Positions 35,461 through 44,754 are shown, counted from the first letter of the stretch. The stretch is DNA of 64,000 nucleotides from Solirubrobacterales bacterium (GCA_025936755.1 JAICSS010000003.1:44272-108271); one strand, 5' to 3'. Notes: generated from the sequence alone by a model not told the origin. A program made the numbers and translations.

Positions 35461-36693
35461 ATGGCCTATCGCCGCATCCTCGCCCAGCCCAACGTCCTCG
35501 CCCTCTGCGTCGCCTCGGTGCTGGCGCGGCTCCCGGTCGGGATGGGGTCGGTGGCGCTGGTGATCTTCCTCCACGACCGCACCGGCTCCTTCGGCGTCGC
35601 CGGCCTCGCCGCCGGCGCCTTCACGATCGGCCTCGGCGCCACCTCGCCGCTGCTCGGGCGGCTGGTCGACCGGCGCGGGCCGCGGCCGGTGATCGTCCCC
35701 GCCGCCCTGGTCACGGCGCTCGCCCTCGTCCTCCTCGTCGTCCTCGCCGAAGCCGGCGCCGGGACCGCCGCGCTGGTCGCCGTCTCCGGCCTCGCCGGGG
35801 GCTCGACGCCGCCGATCGGCGGCCTCCTGCGCCGGCTCTGGCCGCGGCTGGTCGGCGAGGGCGACATCGTCGGCGGCTACGTGATCGACTCGCTGCTGAT
35901 CGAGATCTTCTTCGTCGCCGGCCCGCTGCTGACCGGCGTGATGGCCGCCGTCGCCGGCTCCGCCTCCCCCCTCTTCGCCGCCGCCGGCCTCGGCTTCCTC
36001 GGCGCCGTCTGGTTCGCCGCCGTCCCCGCCGTCGGCGCGGTCGAGCGCTCCCCGGCCGAGCACCGCACCCGCGCCGGCGCCCTCGCCTCGCCGGCGATCC
36101 GCCTCCTCGTCTTCACCGGGGTACCGATCGGAATCAGCTTCGGCGTCTTCGACGTCATCTATCCCGCCTTCGGCTCCGACCACGGCAACTCCGCCCTCGG
36201 CGGCCCCTTCATCGCCGCCACCGCGATCGGCTCCGCGGTCGGCGCGCTCGTCTACGGCTCCCAGGCCCACCGCTTCCGCACCCCCGCCCAGGGCTCGATC
36301 GCGCTGGCGATCTACCAGCCGCTCGCCTGCCTCCCCCTCCTCCTCGCCGACTCCAGCCTGGCGATGCTCCTGCTCGCCCCGATCGCCGGCAGCTACATCG
36401 CCCCCGCCACCAACCTCCGCAACCAGATCGCCCAGGCGGCGATGCCGCCCGGCACCGGTACCGAAGCCTTCACCTGGCTGGCCCTATCGCTGACCGTCGG
36501 CGCCAGCGCTGGCGCCGCCCTGGCCGGACCTCTGGTCCAGCGCAGCGGCTGGCACGCCGGCGCGCTCCTCGCCGCCGCCCTGCCGGCGCTCTGGCTGCCG
36601 CTGATCCTGCTCCGCCGCGAGCTGCTGCACCGGGCGGCCCGGCCGGACCTCGCCGGCGGCGGGCCGCGGACTAGGGGAACTCGCCGTGGGTAA
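35461..36693 (+). CDS. MFS transporter
   Basis: 12-TM pattern with GRLVDRRGPR loop motif. I prefer the ATG at 35461 over the track start at 35362. Confidence 0.8.
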   Translation: MAYRRILAQPNVLALCVASVLARLPVGMGSVALVIFLHDRTGSFGVAGLAAGAFTIGLGATSPLLGRLVDRRGPRPVIVPAALVTALALVLLVVLAEAGAGTAALVAVSGLAGGSTPPIGGLLRRLWPRLVGEGDIVGGYVIDSLLIEIFFVAGPLLTGVMAAVAGSASPLFAAAGLGFLGAVWFAAVPAVGAVERSPAEHRTRAGALASPAIRLLVFTGVPIGISFGVFDVIYPAFGSDHGNSALGGPFIAATAIGSAVGALVYGSQAHRFRTPAQGSIALAIYQPLACLPLLLADSSLAMLLLAPIAGSYIAPATNLRNQIAQAAMPPGTGTEAFTWLALSLTVGASAGAALAGPLVQRSGWHAGALLAAALPALWLPLILLRRELLHRAARPDLAGGGPRTRGTRRG

Positions 36694-37354
36694 GGATGCG
36701 CAGGTCGTCGCGGAAACGCTCTTTCAGCGCCTGCTGGAATTCCTGCGCCCGTTCGACGTCGCGGATGTCCACCAGGACGCGGCCGTGGCGGTCGCCCAGC
36801 TGGTCGACCTCGCGCTCTCCCAGCAGCTTCTCCGTCGCCGCCAGAGTCTCCTCGACCCCTGCCACCCGCTGGCTCACCACCCGCGGGGGGGTTCCCGGGG
36901 CCACGCCCCAGAAATGCCCTGCGTCGCGGAAGCTCCTCGGGCTGGCCGGGTCCTTCAGCCAGGCGACGAACGCCGGGTGCCCGACGATCCGTTTGATCTC
37001 CATCTCGAAGACACGGTCGGTTTTCTCCCGCGCCTCGGAACCCTCCGAGCTCGCGGTCGAGGCCTCGGCCAGGCCCTTCGGGGTGAGCCGGTAGGTGCGG
37101 GGGCGCACCCGCTCCAGCAGGCCGGAGCCGACGATCCCCTGGTTGCCTTTGCCGCGGCTGTCCAGCTCGCGGTGGATGCGGTTCGAATCGGGGTACTCCC
37201 GCTCGTAGCCCCTCAACCCCCAGGAGGTACGGTCGCTCATCCAGGCGGCAACCAGCAGTTCCTCGGAGGAGAACGTCTTACGCAGGTCCCCGTCGCTGCA
37301 GGCGAGTGCGGCGCGGAGGAGCTGCTGGCGGAGGTCGGTCTTTTTCGCGGCCAT
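36671..37354 (-). CDS. Hypothetical protein, third gene of the HARE-HTH/GHKL-like operon (possible winged-helix N-terminus)
   Basis: ATG at 37352-37354 forms an ATGA overlap with the upstream stop. GLLERVRPRTYRLTPKGL resembles a wHTH wing. No other motif recognised. Confidence 0.6.
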   Translation of the reverse strand: MAAKKTDLRQQLLRAALACSDGDLRKTFSSEELLVAAWMSDRTSWGLRGYEREYPDSNRIHRELDSRGKGNQGIVGSGLLERVRPRTYRLTPKGLAEASTASSEGSEAREKTDRVFEMEIKRIVGHPAFVAWLKDPASPRSFRDAGHFWGVAPGTPPRVVSQRVAGVEETLAATEKLLGEREVDQLGDRHGRVLVDIRDVERAQEFQQALKERFRDDLRILTHGEFP

Positions 37355-39687
37355 CACGGAAGCTCGCCCCCGGCGATGACGTAGTCCTGCAGCTCGCTCC
37401 ACATCTGCTGGACGGTGTGGACCTGATGGCGGTCGAGGGCGAGTTTGTGCTCTGCCCAGTAGCCCTGGCGCTCGTCGTCGCCCTTGCGGGTGAACTCGTC
37501 CTGCATCAGGACCTGGGTGACCATGTCCATCACTTTCTGGACGTGGAAGTGGCGCCACAGGGTGGAGTCTTCGGCGCGCTGGCGGAAGGCGAAGGAAGCC
37601 TCGGCGCTCTGCAGGTTCAGCCACCAGACGCTGTGCTCGAAGTCGCTCACCTCCTGCCAGAGGGAAGGCTGGTCAGGGTCGCCTTCGCGGACCGCGTCGG
37701 TGGCCGGGTCGAGATCGCGGCCGGTCAGCAGCAGGCGCGGGAAGCCGCTTCCCCGCTCCGGCTCCTCCTCGCCGCGGACGACCTGGACCTCGACCGGAAT
37801 GCGGGCCCAGACGCCGCCCGCGGCCGGGTCGCCCGCCCCCGCCGTGACAAGCGTCGAGCCGAGCCGGTTGCCGACCACCCAACCGCTGGGACGGATGCGG
37901 ACGATCATCTGGTCTTCCGCGTCGTGGCTCCAGTCCAGGTAGACGTCGGTCGCCCGTTCTCCCTGGTCGTTGGTCACCTCGGCGACGATCTGTTGCCGCT
38001 TGCCCAGGGGAAGGTCGATTCCGCGCGGAGTAAGGAGGACGTGGTCGACCGTCCACACCTCGACCGGCACGCGCGGAGATTCCACTTCCCCGCCGGAGGC
38101 AGAGGCCCAGACCTCGGTCCGGCCCGCCGACTTCGGCGCCAGCAGCCCCGAGCCGTCGATCGCCGCCACCGCCGGCTCTGCAACGTGCCATTCGAGCTGG
38201 CAGCCCGGGACGGTGCGGCCGGCCGGGTCCTTGACGGTGGCCGCCAGGATCCGCTTCAGGTGGAGGTTCACCCCCAGCGCTACCCGCAGGGCCGGGTCCG
38301 GGACGGTCAGCTCGATGCTGTCGGCTTCGCTACCGTAGTCGGGCGGAGGCGGCGGCGGTTCGCCGTCTTCCCCTCCTCCCCCTTTGCCGGTCGGCGTCTC
38401 GCCGGCGCCGTCTTCGATCAGGAACCGGTTCTTGAACTCGTTCAGCTTGCGGTTCTCCTCGTAGACCTCGTCGAGCGACTGTTCGTCGAGGTCCTCGCGC
38501 CGGCGCTGGTTGATCTCGCGGGCCAGCTCCTTGATCTTCTCGCTGGCGAAGCGGTCGACGGCCTCCACCAGCGGGCCGTCCTTCGGCCGGCGCCGGCCGT
38601 GGTCGACGTACCCGGGCTCCAGCGCCGGCAGCTCGATCGTGCCGTAGATGAAGTGGGCCCCGGGCGTGTTCGGGGCCAGGTCGGAGATCCGTTTCGAGCC
38701 GACCATCTGGTGGGTGGTGCGATAGGTCATCTTCCAGCGGGGGCGCAGGTTCTTGTACGCGTAGTACATGTGCTCGCTGGAGGTGAAGAGGAGCAGGCGG
38801 CCCTTCGGGCGGGCGCCGTTCTCGGTGGTGGAGACGACCTGCCCGTCGGTCAGCGGCAGCTCCTCGGGAATCGGGTGGACGAACGGGCCCTCCAGCTCCG
38901 GATACGGCGGGATCTCCGGAAGCCGGAGCGGCTTGCCGTCCTCCAGCGCCGCGCCGTTGTGCATCGCGTAGATCCGGACCTGCTGGAGCGCCAGCGTCGA
39001 CTGGTCGTGGCGCACGGTCCTGCGGATCAGCTCCTCGGCGTCGATCTGGCCGTTGTAGAACTCCAGCGGCTCGGTGCCCTCGACGAGGGTGAAGGCATTG
39101 CGCCTCAGGATCGCCTCGAGCGCCTCGGGTGGAAGGTCCTGCGGGTCGAGGCCGTAGGGCTCCAGCGCCCGCTGCAGCTCCACCTCCACCACGGCGATCG
39201 GCACCTCGCGGCCGGAGGCCGCGTCGGGAACGAAACCGGGCGTGCCGCGCTCGACCGTCCCCTCTCTGCCCTCGAACCCCTTCGAGTTGCGCTTCCCGTC
39301 GCGGACGCCAACGATCCGTGCGGGCCCCTTGAACAGCCGGTACATGTAGGCCTTGCCGCCGTTGCCCTGGGTCTGCTCCTCGTTGCCCGCGCTGGAGCGC
39401 GAGGAGGCGTCGGGGTCCTGCCAGGTGCTCCAGGCGGTGACGTCCTCGACCGTAGCGCCGCCGACGTCGAGCAGCCCGATCCGGGCCGGCCCGGCGGGGT
39501 TGGCGTCGTTGAGAAGAAGCACCGCGCAACGGTCCTCCTCGGCGACCGCGGCACGGTCGGCTTGGTAGGCCCGGCGCACGTTCTTCAGCCACTCGGCGAG
39601 ACCCTCGTCGTGGCTGGAGATCCAGCGGGTGACGGCGATGAGGGTGCCCTGCTCGTGGAAGCGGATCGTCTCGTCGCGCTCGATCAC
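37354..39687 (-). CDS. Large cytoplasmic protein: GHKL/Bergerat-like N-terminal region, two Big_2 Ig-like domains, helical C-terminal domain
   Basis: Weak GHKL-like motifs EWLKNVRRAY, LLDVGGATV and QGNGGKAYMY. Clear Big_2 patterns (LEWHVAEPAVAAIDGSGLLAPKSAGRTEVWASA, and LPLGKRQQIVAEVTND...GSTLVTAGAG). GTG at 39685-39687 overlaps the upstream stop (GTGA). No signal peptide. Confidence 0.7.
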   Translation of the reverse strand: MIERDETIRFHEQGTLIAVTRWISSHDEGLAEWLKNVRRAYQADRAAVAEEDRCAVLLLNDANPAGPARIGLLDVGGATVEDVTAWSTWQDPDASSRSSAGNEEQTQGNGGKAYMYRLFKGPARIVGVRDGKRNSKGFEGREGTVERGTPGFVPDAASGREVPIAVVEVELQRALEPYGLDPQDLPPEALEAILRRNAFTLVEGTEPLEFYNGQIDAEELIRRTVRHDQSTLALQQVRIYAMHNGAALEDGKPLRLPEIPPYPELEGPFVHPIPEELPLTDGQVVSTTENGARPKGRLLLFTSSEHMYYAYKNLRPRWKMTYRTTHQMVGSKRISDLAPNTPGAHFIYGTIELPALEPGYVDHGRRRPKDGPLVEAVDRFASEKIKELAREINQRRREDLDEQSLDEVYEENRKLNEFKNRFLIEDGAGETPTGKGGGGEDGEPPPPPPDYGSEADSIELTVPDPALRVALGVNLHLKRILAATVKDPAGRTVPGCQLEWHVAEPAVAAIDGSGLLAPKSAGRTEVWASASGGEVESPRVPVEVWTVDHVLLTPRGIDLPLGKRQQIVAEVTNDQGERATDVYLDWSHDAEDQMIVRIRPSGWVVGNRLGSTLVTAGAGDPAAGGVWARIPVEVQVVRGEEEPERGSGFPRLLLTGRDLDPATDAVREGDPDQPSLWQEVSDFEHSVWWLNLQSAEASFAFRQRAEDSTLWRHFHVQKVMDMVTQVLMQDEFTRKGDDERQGYWAEHKLALDRHQVHTVQQMWSELQDYVIAGGELP

Positions 39688-40178
39688 CTGGACCCACCCC
39701 CGCTGTTCGAGCGGCCGCGGACGCGGCGCCGGGTGGCGGGCGCCGTCGGGACCGGCAGGTTCCACTCCGCCAGCCCGTAGATCCCCCGGCTCGGCCGCAC
39801 GATCAGGGGGTCGCGCGAGAGGTGGGCGATGACGTTGGCCGCTTTGCCCTGGCCGGGGACCCGGACCCCGCGGGCGTGCAGACGGTCCATCAGTTCCGAG
39901 ATGTGCAGCGGCCGGCCGGCCTCCTTGAGCTCCTTGACCACCTCGCGGACGACCGGGTGCGTGGGGGCGGCGGGGGTCTCGGCGCCGGCGTCCGCGTCGC
40001 GACCTCCTCCCCTGCGCACGCGCAGCAGCTGCCGGATCAGATCGGCTTCGCTCTTCGCTTCCTCCATCTCCCGCACCTTCGTCGCGATCTGTTCCTCCAG
40101 CGCGGACACCCGCGCCAGGGAGGCGTCCAGCGCCGCCTGGAGATCCCTTTTGTTGAGCGGCCCCCGTCCATCTTCCAT
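39684..40178 (-). CDS. Coiled-coil protein with a C-terminal HARE-HTH winged-helix domain
   Basis: VVREVVKELKEAGRPLHISELMDRLHARGVRVPGQGKAANVIAHLSRDPLIVRPSRGIYGLAEW matches the HARE-HTH (RpoE delta N-terminal-like) pattern. Confidence 0.7.
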   Translation of the reverse strand: MEDGRGPLNKRDLQAALDASLARVSALEEQIATKVREMEEAKSEADLIRQLLRVRRGGGRDADAGAETPAAPTHPVVREVVKELKEAGRPLHISELMDRLHARGVRVPGQGKAANVIAHLSRDPLIVRPSRGIYGLAEWNLPVPTAPATRRRVRGRSNSGGGSR

Positions 40179-40425
40179 AACTAGGAATCTAGCATAGCTA
40201 GAACACGTTGTTACAGATTTTGTAGCGAGGCTATGGAAGGGGGCTCCATTCCCTGCCGAAGACGGGGGCGACCAGGAGCCGACCCCCGGTTGGAAGGCAC
40301 CGGCGCCGGGCGAGCCTGCAGCCCGGGCGACCGCTACCCCTACCGACCCCGGTCACCCTGTCTTACGAGCCCCTCGAGGAACCCCTGCCCGAAGTCTGCT
40401 GCTGAAAGGAACCCTGAACCTGGAG

Positions 40426-40498
40426 TACCGCTACGGGGATTCGAACCCCGGTTTCCGGACTGAGAATCCGGCGTCCTAGTCCCCTAGACGATAGCGGC
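40426..40498 (-). tRNA. tRNA-Glu (anticodon CUC)
   Basis: Minus strand reads GCCGCTATCGTCTAGGGGACTAGGACGCCGGATTCTCAGTCCGGAAACCGGGGTTCGAATCCCCGTAGCGGTA. Cloverleaf folds by hand with a G1-U72 wobble. CCA is not encoded. Confidence 0.85.
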
Positions 40499-40614
40499 GA
40501 GGATGCGCGCATTTTAGCGAGCCGCCGGGCGGGGGCGCGAGACGTCGGTCACATGGAAGCCGCGGGGGGCGGCGGGGGGCGGGCGGCGCACAACCGGTAA
40601 ATTGCCTCCTCCGC

Positions 40615-40698
40615 GCGGCTGTGGCGGAACTGGTAGACGCGCACGGTTCAGGTCCGTGTGGGCGAGAGCCCGTGGAGGTTCGACTCCTCTCAGCCGCA
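40615..40698 (+). tRNA. tRNA-Leu (anticodon CAG)
   Basis: GCGGCTG acceptor paired with CAGCCGC, anticodon loop TTCAGGT, long variable arm, T-loop GGTTCGACTCC. Confidence 0.9.
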
Positions 40699-41073
40699 TC
40701 GCAACTTCGACGGCCCGGTCCCTTCGTCGGGAAGGAGGGGGCGGTGGCCGATCGAGCCGCCCCTCGCACTGCCGTCTCTACGCCGCCTTGCGGATGCGCA
40801 GCATCGATACGGCAGCTCCGGTAGCCGTTGCCTTCATGCTCTTCCACCTCCTCCGGTTGGGGGACAAGATGGACTGAAGATATTTGATTAATACGAATTC
40901 TTCAATTTAAGATATGGCATGTTTACCCTTACCGTCCCCTCGCCTCCCGGGCTAGGTTCGAGGTGCCTCAGGGGCCCATGGCCAAGAAGGGCCGCTGAGG
41001 CTTTTTGACAGGGAAAGTCGAGAGCGCCGAAATGCCCTGGGTTGGCATCCGGCGTCAGGAAGAGAGAGCAAAC

Positions 41074-41691
41074 ATGGCACGACGCCACGAAGCGATCGTC
41101 GGCGACGAGAAATCGCCCGGGGAAGTCCTCAGGCACCCGTTGCGGGTGCGGATCCTCGCCGCCTGCACGGAGCGGGAGACGACGATCAGGGAATTCGCCG
41201 AACGGGCGAAGGTGCGGGAGTCCAAGGCGGCCTACCACTTCCGCATCCTCCTGCGAGAGGGGTACGTCAAGGTCGTCCGCAAGGAGCCGGTGCGGGGCTT
41301 CCGCCGACATGTCTACGCAGCGACCCGGCTGGGCCTGATCAGCGACCGGGAATTCGCGGAGCTCGCGGCCGAAGAGCAGCGCCGGGTCAGCTCGGCGGTG
41401 ATCAAGACCTTCCACGGGCGTTGCCTGGTGGCGTTGCAGGCCGACACCTTCGACTCCCGCGGCGACAGCCACTTCACCTGGGCCCCGAGGGTCTTCGACG
41501 AGCAGGGATGGAAGGACCAGATGGAGGACCTGCTGAAAAGCTACGAGCGATCGGACCAGATCGAGGCTGAATCGAAAGCACGGCTGCGGAGGAGCCGCGA
41601 GGAGGGCATCCCTACAACCATCGCCCTGGCCGGCTTCGAGAGCCCGGCGGAGGAGGCCCCGAATTCGGAGCCGCCGCCAGGCGACCGCTAG
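41074..41691 (+). CDS. ArsR-like winged-helix regulator with a C-terminal extension (paralogue family)
   Basis: LRHPLRVRILAAC ... AAYHFRILLREGYVKVV. C-terminal DEQGWKDQ ... IPTTIALAGFESP. ATG at 41074 with a purine-rich RBS. Confidence 0.75.
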   Translation: MARRHEAIVGDEKSPGEVLRHPLRVRILAACTERETTIREFAERAKVRESKAAYHFRILLREGYVKVVRKEPVRGFRRHVYAATRLGLISDREFAELAAEEQRRVSSAVIKTFHGRCLVALQADTFDSRGDSHFTWAPRVFDEQGWKDQMEDLLKSYERSDQIEAESKARLRRSREEGIPTTIALAGFESPAEEAPNSEPPPGDR

Positions 41692-42608
41692 GCAGGCTGG
41701 ACCGTCGGCTCGGTCCGCGACGCCCGGGCCGCGTTGCCGACGATCTCCTCGACGAAGGTCGGGTGGAGCGCCCGGGGCAGGTCGTGGCCCATGCCGTCGA
41801 TCATCTTCAGGCGGGCGCCGGGGATCGCCCTGGCGGTGGCCCGCCCGCCGGAGGGGTTGACGAGGAGGTCGTTCTTGCCGTGGATGACGGCGGCGGGCAG
41901 CTCGAGCCTGCGGAGGTCGGCGGTGCGGTCGCCGGAGGCGGTGATCGCGTGGAGCTGGCGGGCGATCCCGGCCTCGCTGTGGCCGCGGTCGAAGGAGAGG
42001 GCGGCGATCTCGCGGATCCGCTCCTCTTCGAAGGGATAGCCGGGAGAGCCGATCAGCTTGAAGGTCTTGACGACGCGCTCGATCGCCGCCTCGCGCTCGC
42101 GCGGCGGGTTGCCGAGCAGGAGGCCGAAGGTTTTGTAGCTGGGGTGGCCGACGCGGCGGCTGCCGGTGGTCGACATGATCGAGACGATCGAGCGGACCCG
42201 CGCGGGGTCCTCGATCGCGGCGGTCTGGACGATCATCCCGCCCATCGAGGCGCCGACCAGGTGGGCGGACCCGATTCCGAGATGGTCCATCAGGCCGAAG
42301 GTGTCGGCCGCCATGTCGCGCAGCAGGTAGGGAGCGGTGCCCCTGCGGCCGACGAGCATGTCGAGGGTGCCGGGCGTGCCGGCGGAGCGGAGCTTGGTCG
42401 AGCGGCCGATGTCGCGGTTGTCGAAGCGGACGACGCGGAAGCCGCGCTCGGCGAGCAACCCGCAGAGCTCCTCGCTCCAGGCGATCATCTGGGTCGCCAG
42501 CCCCATCACCAGCAGCAGCGGCTCACCGTCCGGGTCGCCGATCTCCTGGTAACAGAGCTCGATCCCGTCGTTGACGGGGGCGAACGATTCCTCGCCGAAG
42601 TGATGCAT
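41688..42608 (-). CDS. Alpha/beta-fold hydrolase
   Basis: Nucleophile elbow LVGASMGG, HG oxyanion region LLVMGL, C-terminal GHDLP. Confidence 0.82.
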   Translation of the reverse strand: MHHFGEESFAPVNDGIELCYQEIGDPDGEPLLLVMGLATQMIAWSEELCGLLAERGFRVVRFDNRDIGRSTKLRSAGTPGTLDMLVGRRGTAPYLLRDMAADTFGLMDHLGIGSAHLVGASMGGMIVQTAAIEDPARVRSIVSIMSTTGSRRVGHPSYKTFGLLLGNPPREREAAIERVVKTFKLIGSPGYPFEEERIREIAALSFDRGHSEAGIARQLHAITASGDRTADLRRLELPAAVIHGKNDLLVNPSGGRATARAIPGARLKMIDGMGHDLPRALHPTFVEEIVGNAARASRTEPTVQPA

Positions 42609-42710
42609 TTGTGGAGCGTACCCGTCCTGGCTGCCCAGCCAAACCGGCGGCGTTCGTCCTTTGACCCCCTATAGGCGAACAAAGGACGAACGCCGCGATA
42701 GAAAGGGCGG

Positions 42711-43823
42711 GTGCGGACCGCGATCGTCTCCGACCTCCACCTCGGCGTCGCCTCCAACGAGGACGTGCTGCGCGACCCGGCCGTGCGGCGGATCCTGCTC
42801 GGGGAGATCGCCGGGGCCGACCGCGTCGTCCTCCTCGGCGACGTCGTCGAGCTGCGGAACCTGCCGGTCGGGCCCTCGCTCGCGCGCGCCCGGCCTTTCT
42901 TCGAGGAGCTGGGGGAGGCGCTGGGCGAGGTCGAGGTGGCGCTCGTCCCCGGCAACCACGACCACCGCCTCGCCGAGCCGCTGCTCGACGACCTCTCGAT
43001 CGCCGGCGGCCCGGAGCTCGGACTCGAGCACCACCACGCTCCCTCCCTCGGGCCGGCGGCGCTGATCGACGAGTGGCTGGGACCGGCCCGGCTGAAGATC
43101 GCCTACCCCGGCCTCTGGCTGCGCGACGACGTCTACGCGACCCACGGCCACTACATGGACGTCCACCTCTCCCTGCCCCGCGCCGAGTGCGTCGCGGCGG
43201 CGCTGATGGTCCGCCTCTCGCGCCCGCTGCCGCCCCGGACGACCCCCGCCGACTACGAACGCGTGCTGCGCCCCTTATATGGACTGGCCTACGGCCTCGC
43301 CCAGGTTCTGCCGGTCAAGCGCCGCCGCAACGGTCCCTTCGAGCGCGCCTGGGAGGTGCTGGCCGGGGAAGAGCGGGAGCGGACGCTCGGCGCCCGCGCC
43401 GCGCGCGCCGGCTTCCCGCTGGCGATCCGCGGCCTCAACGGCCTCCTCCGGGCCGGCTTCGAGCCCGACGTGACGACGCCGGCGATCTTCCGCAGCGGCG
43501 TCGAAGCGGCGGCCGAGATGGCGGCGCGCCTCGGCCTCGACGGCGTCCACGTGATCACCGGCCACACCCACCGCGGCGGCCCGCTCCCCGACGAACCCGA
43601 ATGGCTCCTCCCCGGCGGCGGCCGCCTCCACAACACCGGCAGCTGGGTCTTCGCCTCCGCCTTCCACCAGCCCGGAACGCCCCCCAACTCCTACTGGCCC
43701 GGCACCGTCACCTGGCTCGAGGACGACGATCCCCCACGCCGCATCCAGCTCCTCCACAGCTATTCCCACAAGGAGATGAGCGACCTGATCGAAGAGAACG
43801 GTCAAAGGGCCGGCCGGGGGTGA
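42711..43823 (+). CDS. Metallophosphoesterase
   Basis: SDLHLG, LLGDVVEL, GNHDH and GHTH calcineurin-like motifs. Confidence 0.8.
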   Translation: MRTAIVSDLHLGVASNEDVLRDPAVRRILLGEIAGADRVVLLGDVVELRNLPVGPSLARARPFFEELGEALGEVEVALVPGNHDHRLAEPLLDDLSIAGGPELGLEHHHAPSLGPAALIDEWLGPARLKIAYPGLWLRDDVYATHGHYMDVHLSLPRAECVAAALMVRLSRPLPPRTTPADYERVLRPLYGLAYGLAQVLPVKRRRNGPFERAWEVLAGEERERTLGARAARAGFPLAIRGLNGLLRAGFEPDVTTPAIFRSGVEAAAEMAARLGLDGVHVITGHTHRGGPLPDEPEWLLPGGGRLHNTGSWVFASAFHQPGTPPNSYWPGTVTWLEDDDPPRRIQLLHSYSHKEMSDLIEENGQRAGRG

Positions 43824-43870
43824 CTCGCCGGGCCCTCCCCGCTGTTGCCCGCCGAGTCACCCCCGGCCGG
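43810..43870. terminator. Bidirectional 18-bp perfect stem-loop between convergent genes
   Basis: CCGGCCGGGGGTGACTCG (43810-43827) pairs with CGAGTCACCCCCGGCCGG (43853-43870). Confidence 0.55.
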
Positions 43871-43875
43871 CCCTC

Positions 43876-44754
43876 CTAGCCAAGCCACTCCGCGATCGTC
43901 GCGCCGATCTCCGCCCCCGCGTCCTCCTGCAGGAAGTGGGAGGCGTTCTCGACCGGCCGCGGCGGCGGCAGGTTGAGCTCGGAGGAGACGCGCTCGCCGA
44001 CCGCGAAGGGCAGGACGGGGTCGGAGTCGGCCCAGAGGACGAGCGCCGGGCGGTCGTCCCCGCGCAGCGCGTCGGCGACCCGTTTGCCCTCGACGGCGCC
44101 GGGCATCTCGGGCGTGGTCGGGAGGATCAGCGGGAAGGCGCGGACGCCGGCCTTGGAAGCCGGTTCGGGATAGGGAGCTTCGTAGGCGGCGATCACCGCC
44201 TCGCCCGGGTCCGTCTTGCAGCCCCCCTTGACGAGGAAGCCGACCGGCACGTCCTCGGTGTCGCGGACGAAATCGCGGAAGGCGAGCCAGGCGTCGCTCA
44301 TCCTCTGGTGGCCGGTGAAGGGCCCGGTCTCCATGATCACCAGCCGGCTGATCCGGTCGGGATGCTCGACCGCGAGCCGCAGCCCGATCGGCCCGCCCCA
44401 GTCGTGGACGACCGCGGTCGCATTCCGCAGGTCGAGTTCCTCCAGCAGCGCCGCGATCAGCTCGACGTGGCGGTCGTAGGTGTACCAGCCGACGTCGGTG
44501 GGCTTGTCGGAGCGGCCGAAGCCGGCGTAGTCGGGGGCGATGCAGCGGTAGCCGGCGTCGCGCACCGGCGGGATCACCTTGCGCCAGAGGAACGACCAGG
44601 TCGGCTCGCCGTGGAAGAAGACGACCGGCTCCCCCTCCCCCTCGTCGAGGTGCGCCAGCCGCAGCCCGTCGACCTCGCGGTAGCGGGACTCGAACGGGTA
44701 GTCGGGGAGGCCTTCCAGCTGTTCGTCCGGAGTCCGGACCACGTCGTCTCTCAT
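43876..44754 (-). CDS. Haloalkane dehalogenase-like alpha/beta hydrolase
   Basis: HGEPTWSFLWRKVIP and nucleophile motif VHDWGGPIGL, typical of the haloalkane dehalogenase subfamily. Confidence 0.8.
   Translation of the reverse strand: MRDDVVRTPDEQLEGLPDYPFESRYREVDGLRLAHLDEGEGEPVVFFHGEPTWSFLWRKVIPPVRDAGYRCIAPDYAGFGRSDKPTDVGWYTYDRHVELIAALLEELDLRNATAVVHDWGGPIGLRLAVEHPDRISRLVIMETGPFTGHQRMSDAWLAFRDFVRDTEDVPVGFLVKGGCKTDPGEAVIAAYEAPYPEPASKAGVRAFPLILPTTPEMPGAVEGKRVADALRGDDRPALVLWADSDPVLPFAVGERVSSELNLPPPRPVENASHFLQEDAGAEIGATIAEWLG

Noticed and set aside
39688-39765. Upstream ATG start for the 803-aa version of the GHKL-like/Big_2 protein
   Set aside because: It would overlap the HARE-HTH gene by 82 nt. 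A GTG at 39685-39687 preceded by a G-rich RBS gives a GTGA overlap, consistent with the coupling seen at the next junction. The longer form cannot be excluded without N-terminal data.
33840-40425. Direct repeat of the tRNA-Glu 3' end, or an integrase, that would define a classical tRNA-linked genomic island
   Set aside because: Neither was found by eye in the block. Only GC dips support an island, so it is listed as a low-interest hypothesis rather than a mobile_element feature.
40476-40891. ORFs 40476-40847, 40514-40699, 40602-40877 and 40658-40891
   Set aside because: They overlap the tRNA-Glu and tRNA-Leu genes and their spacer, and there are no protein motifs.
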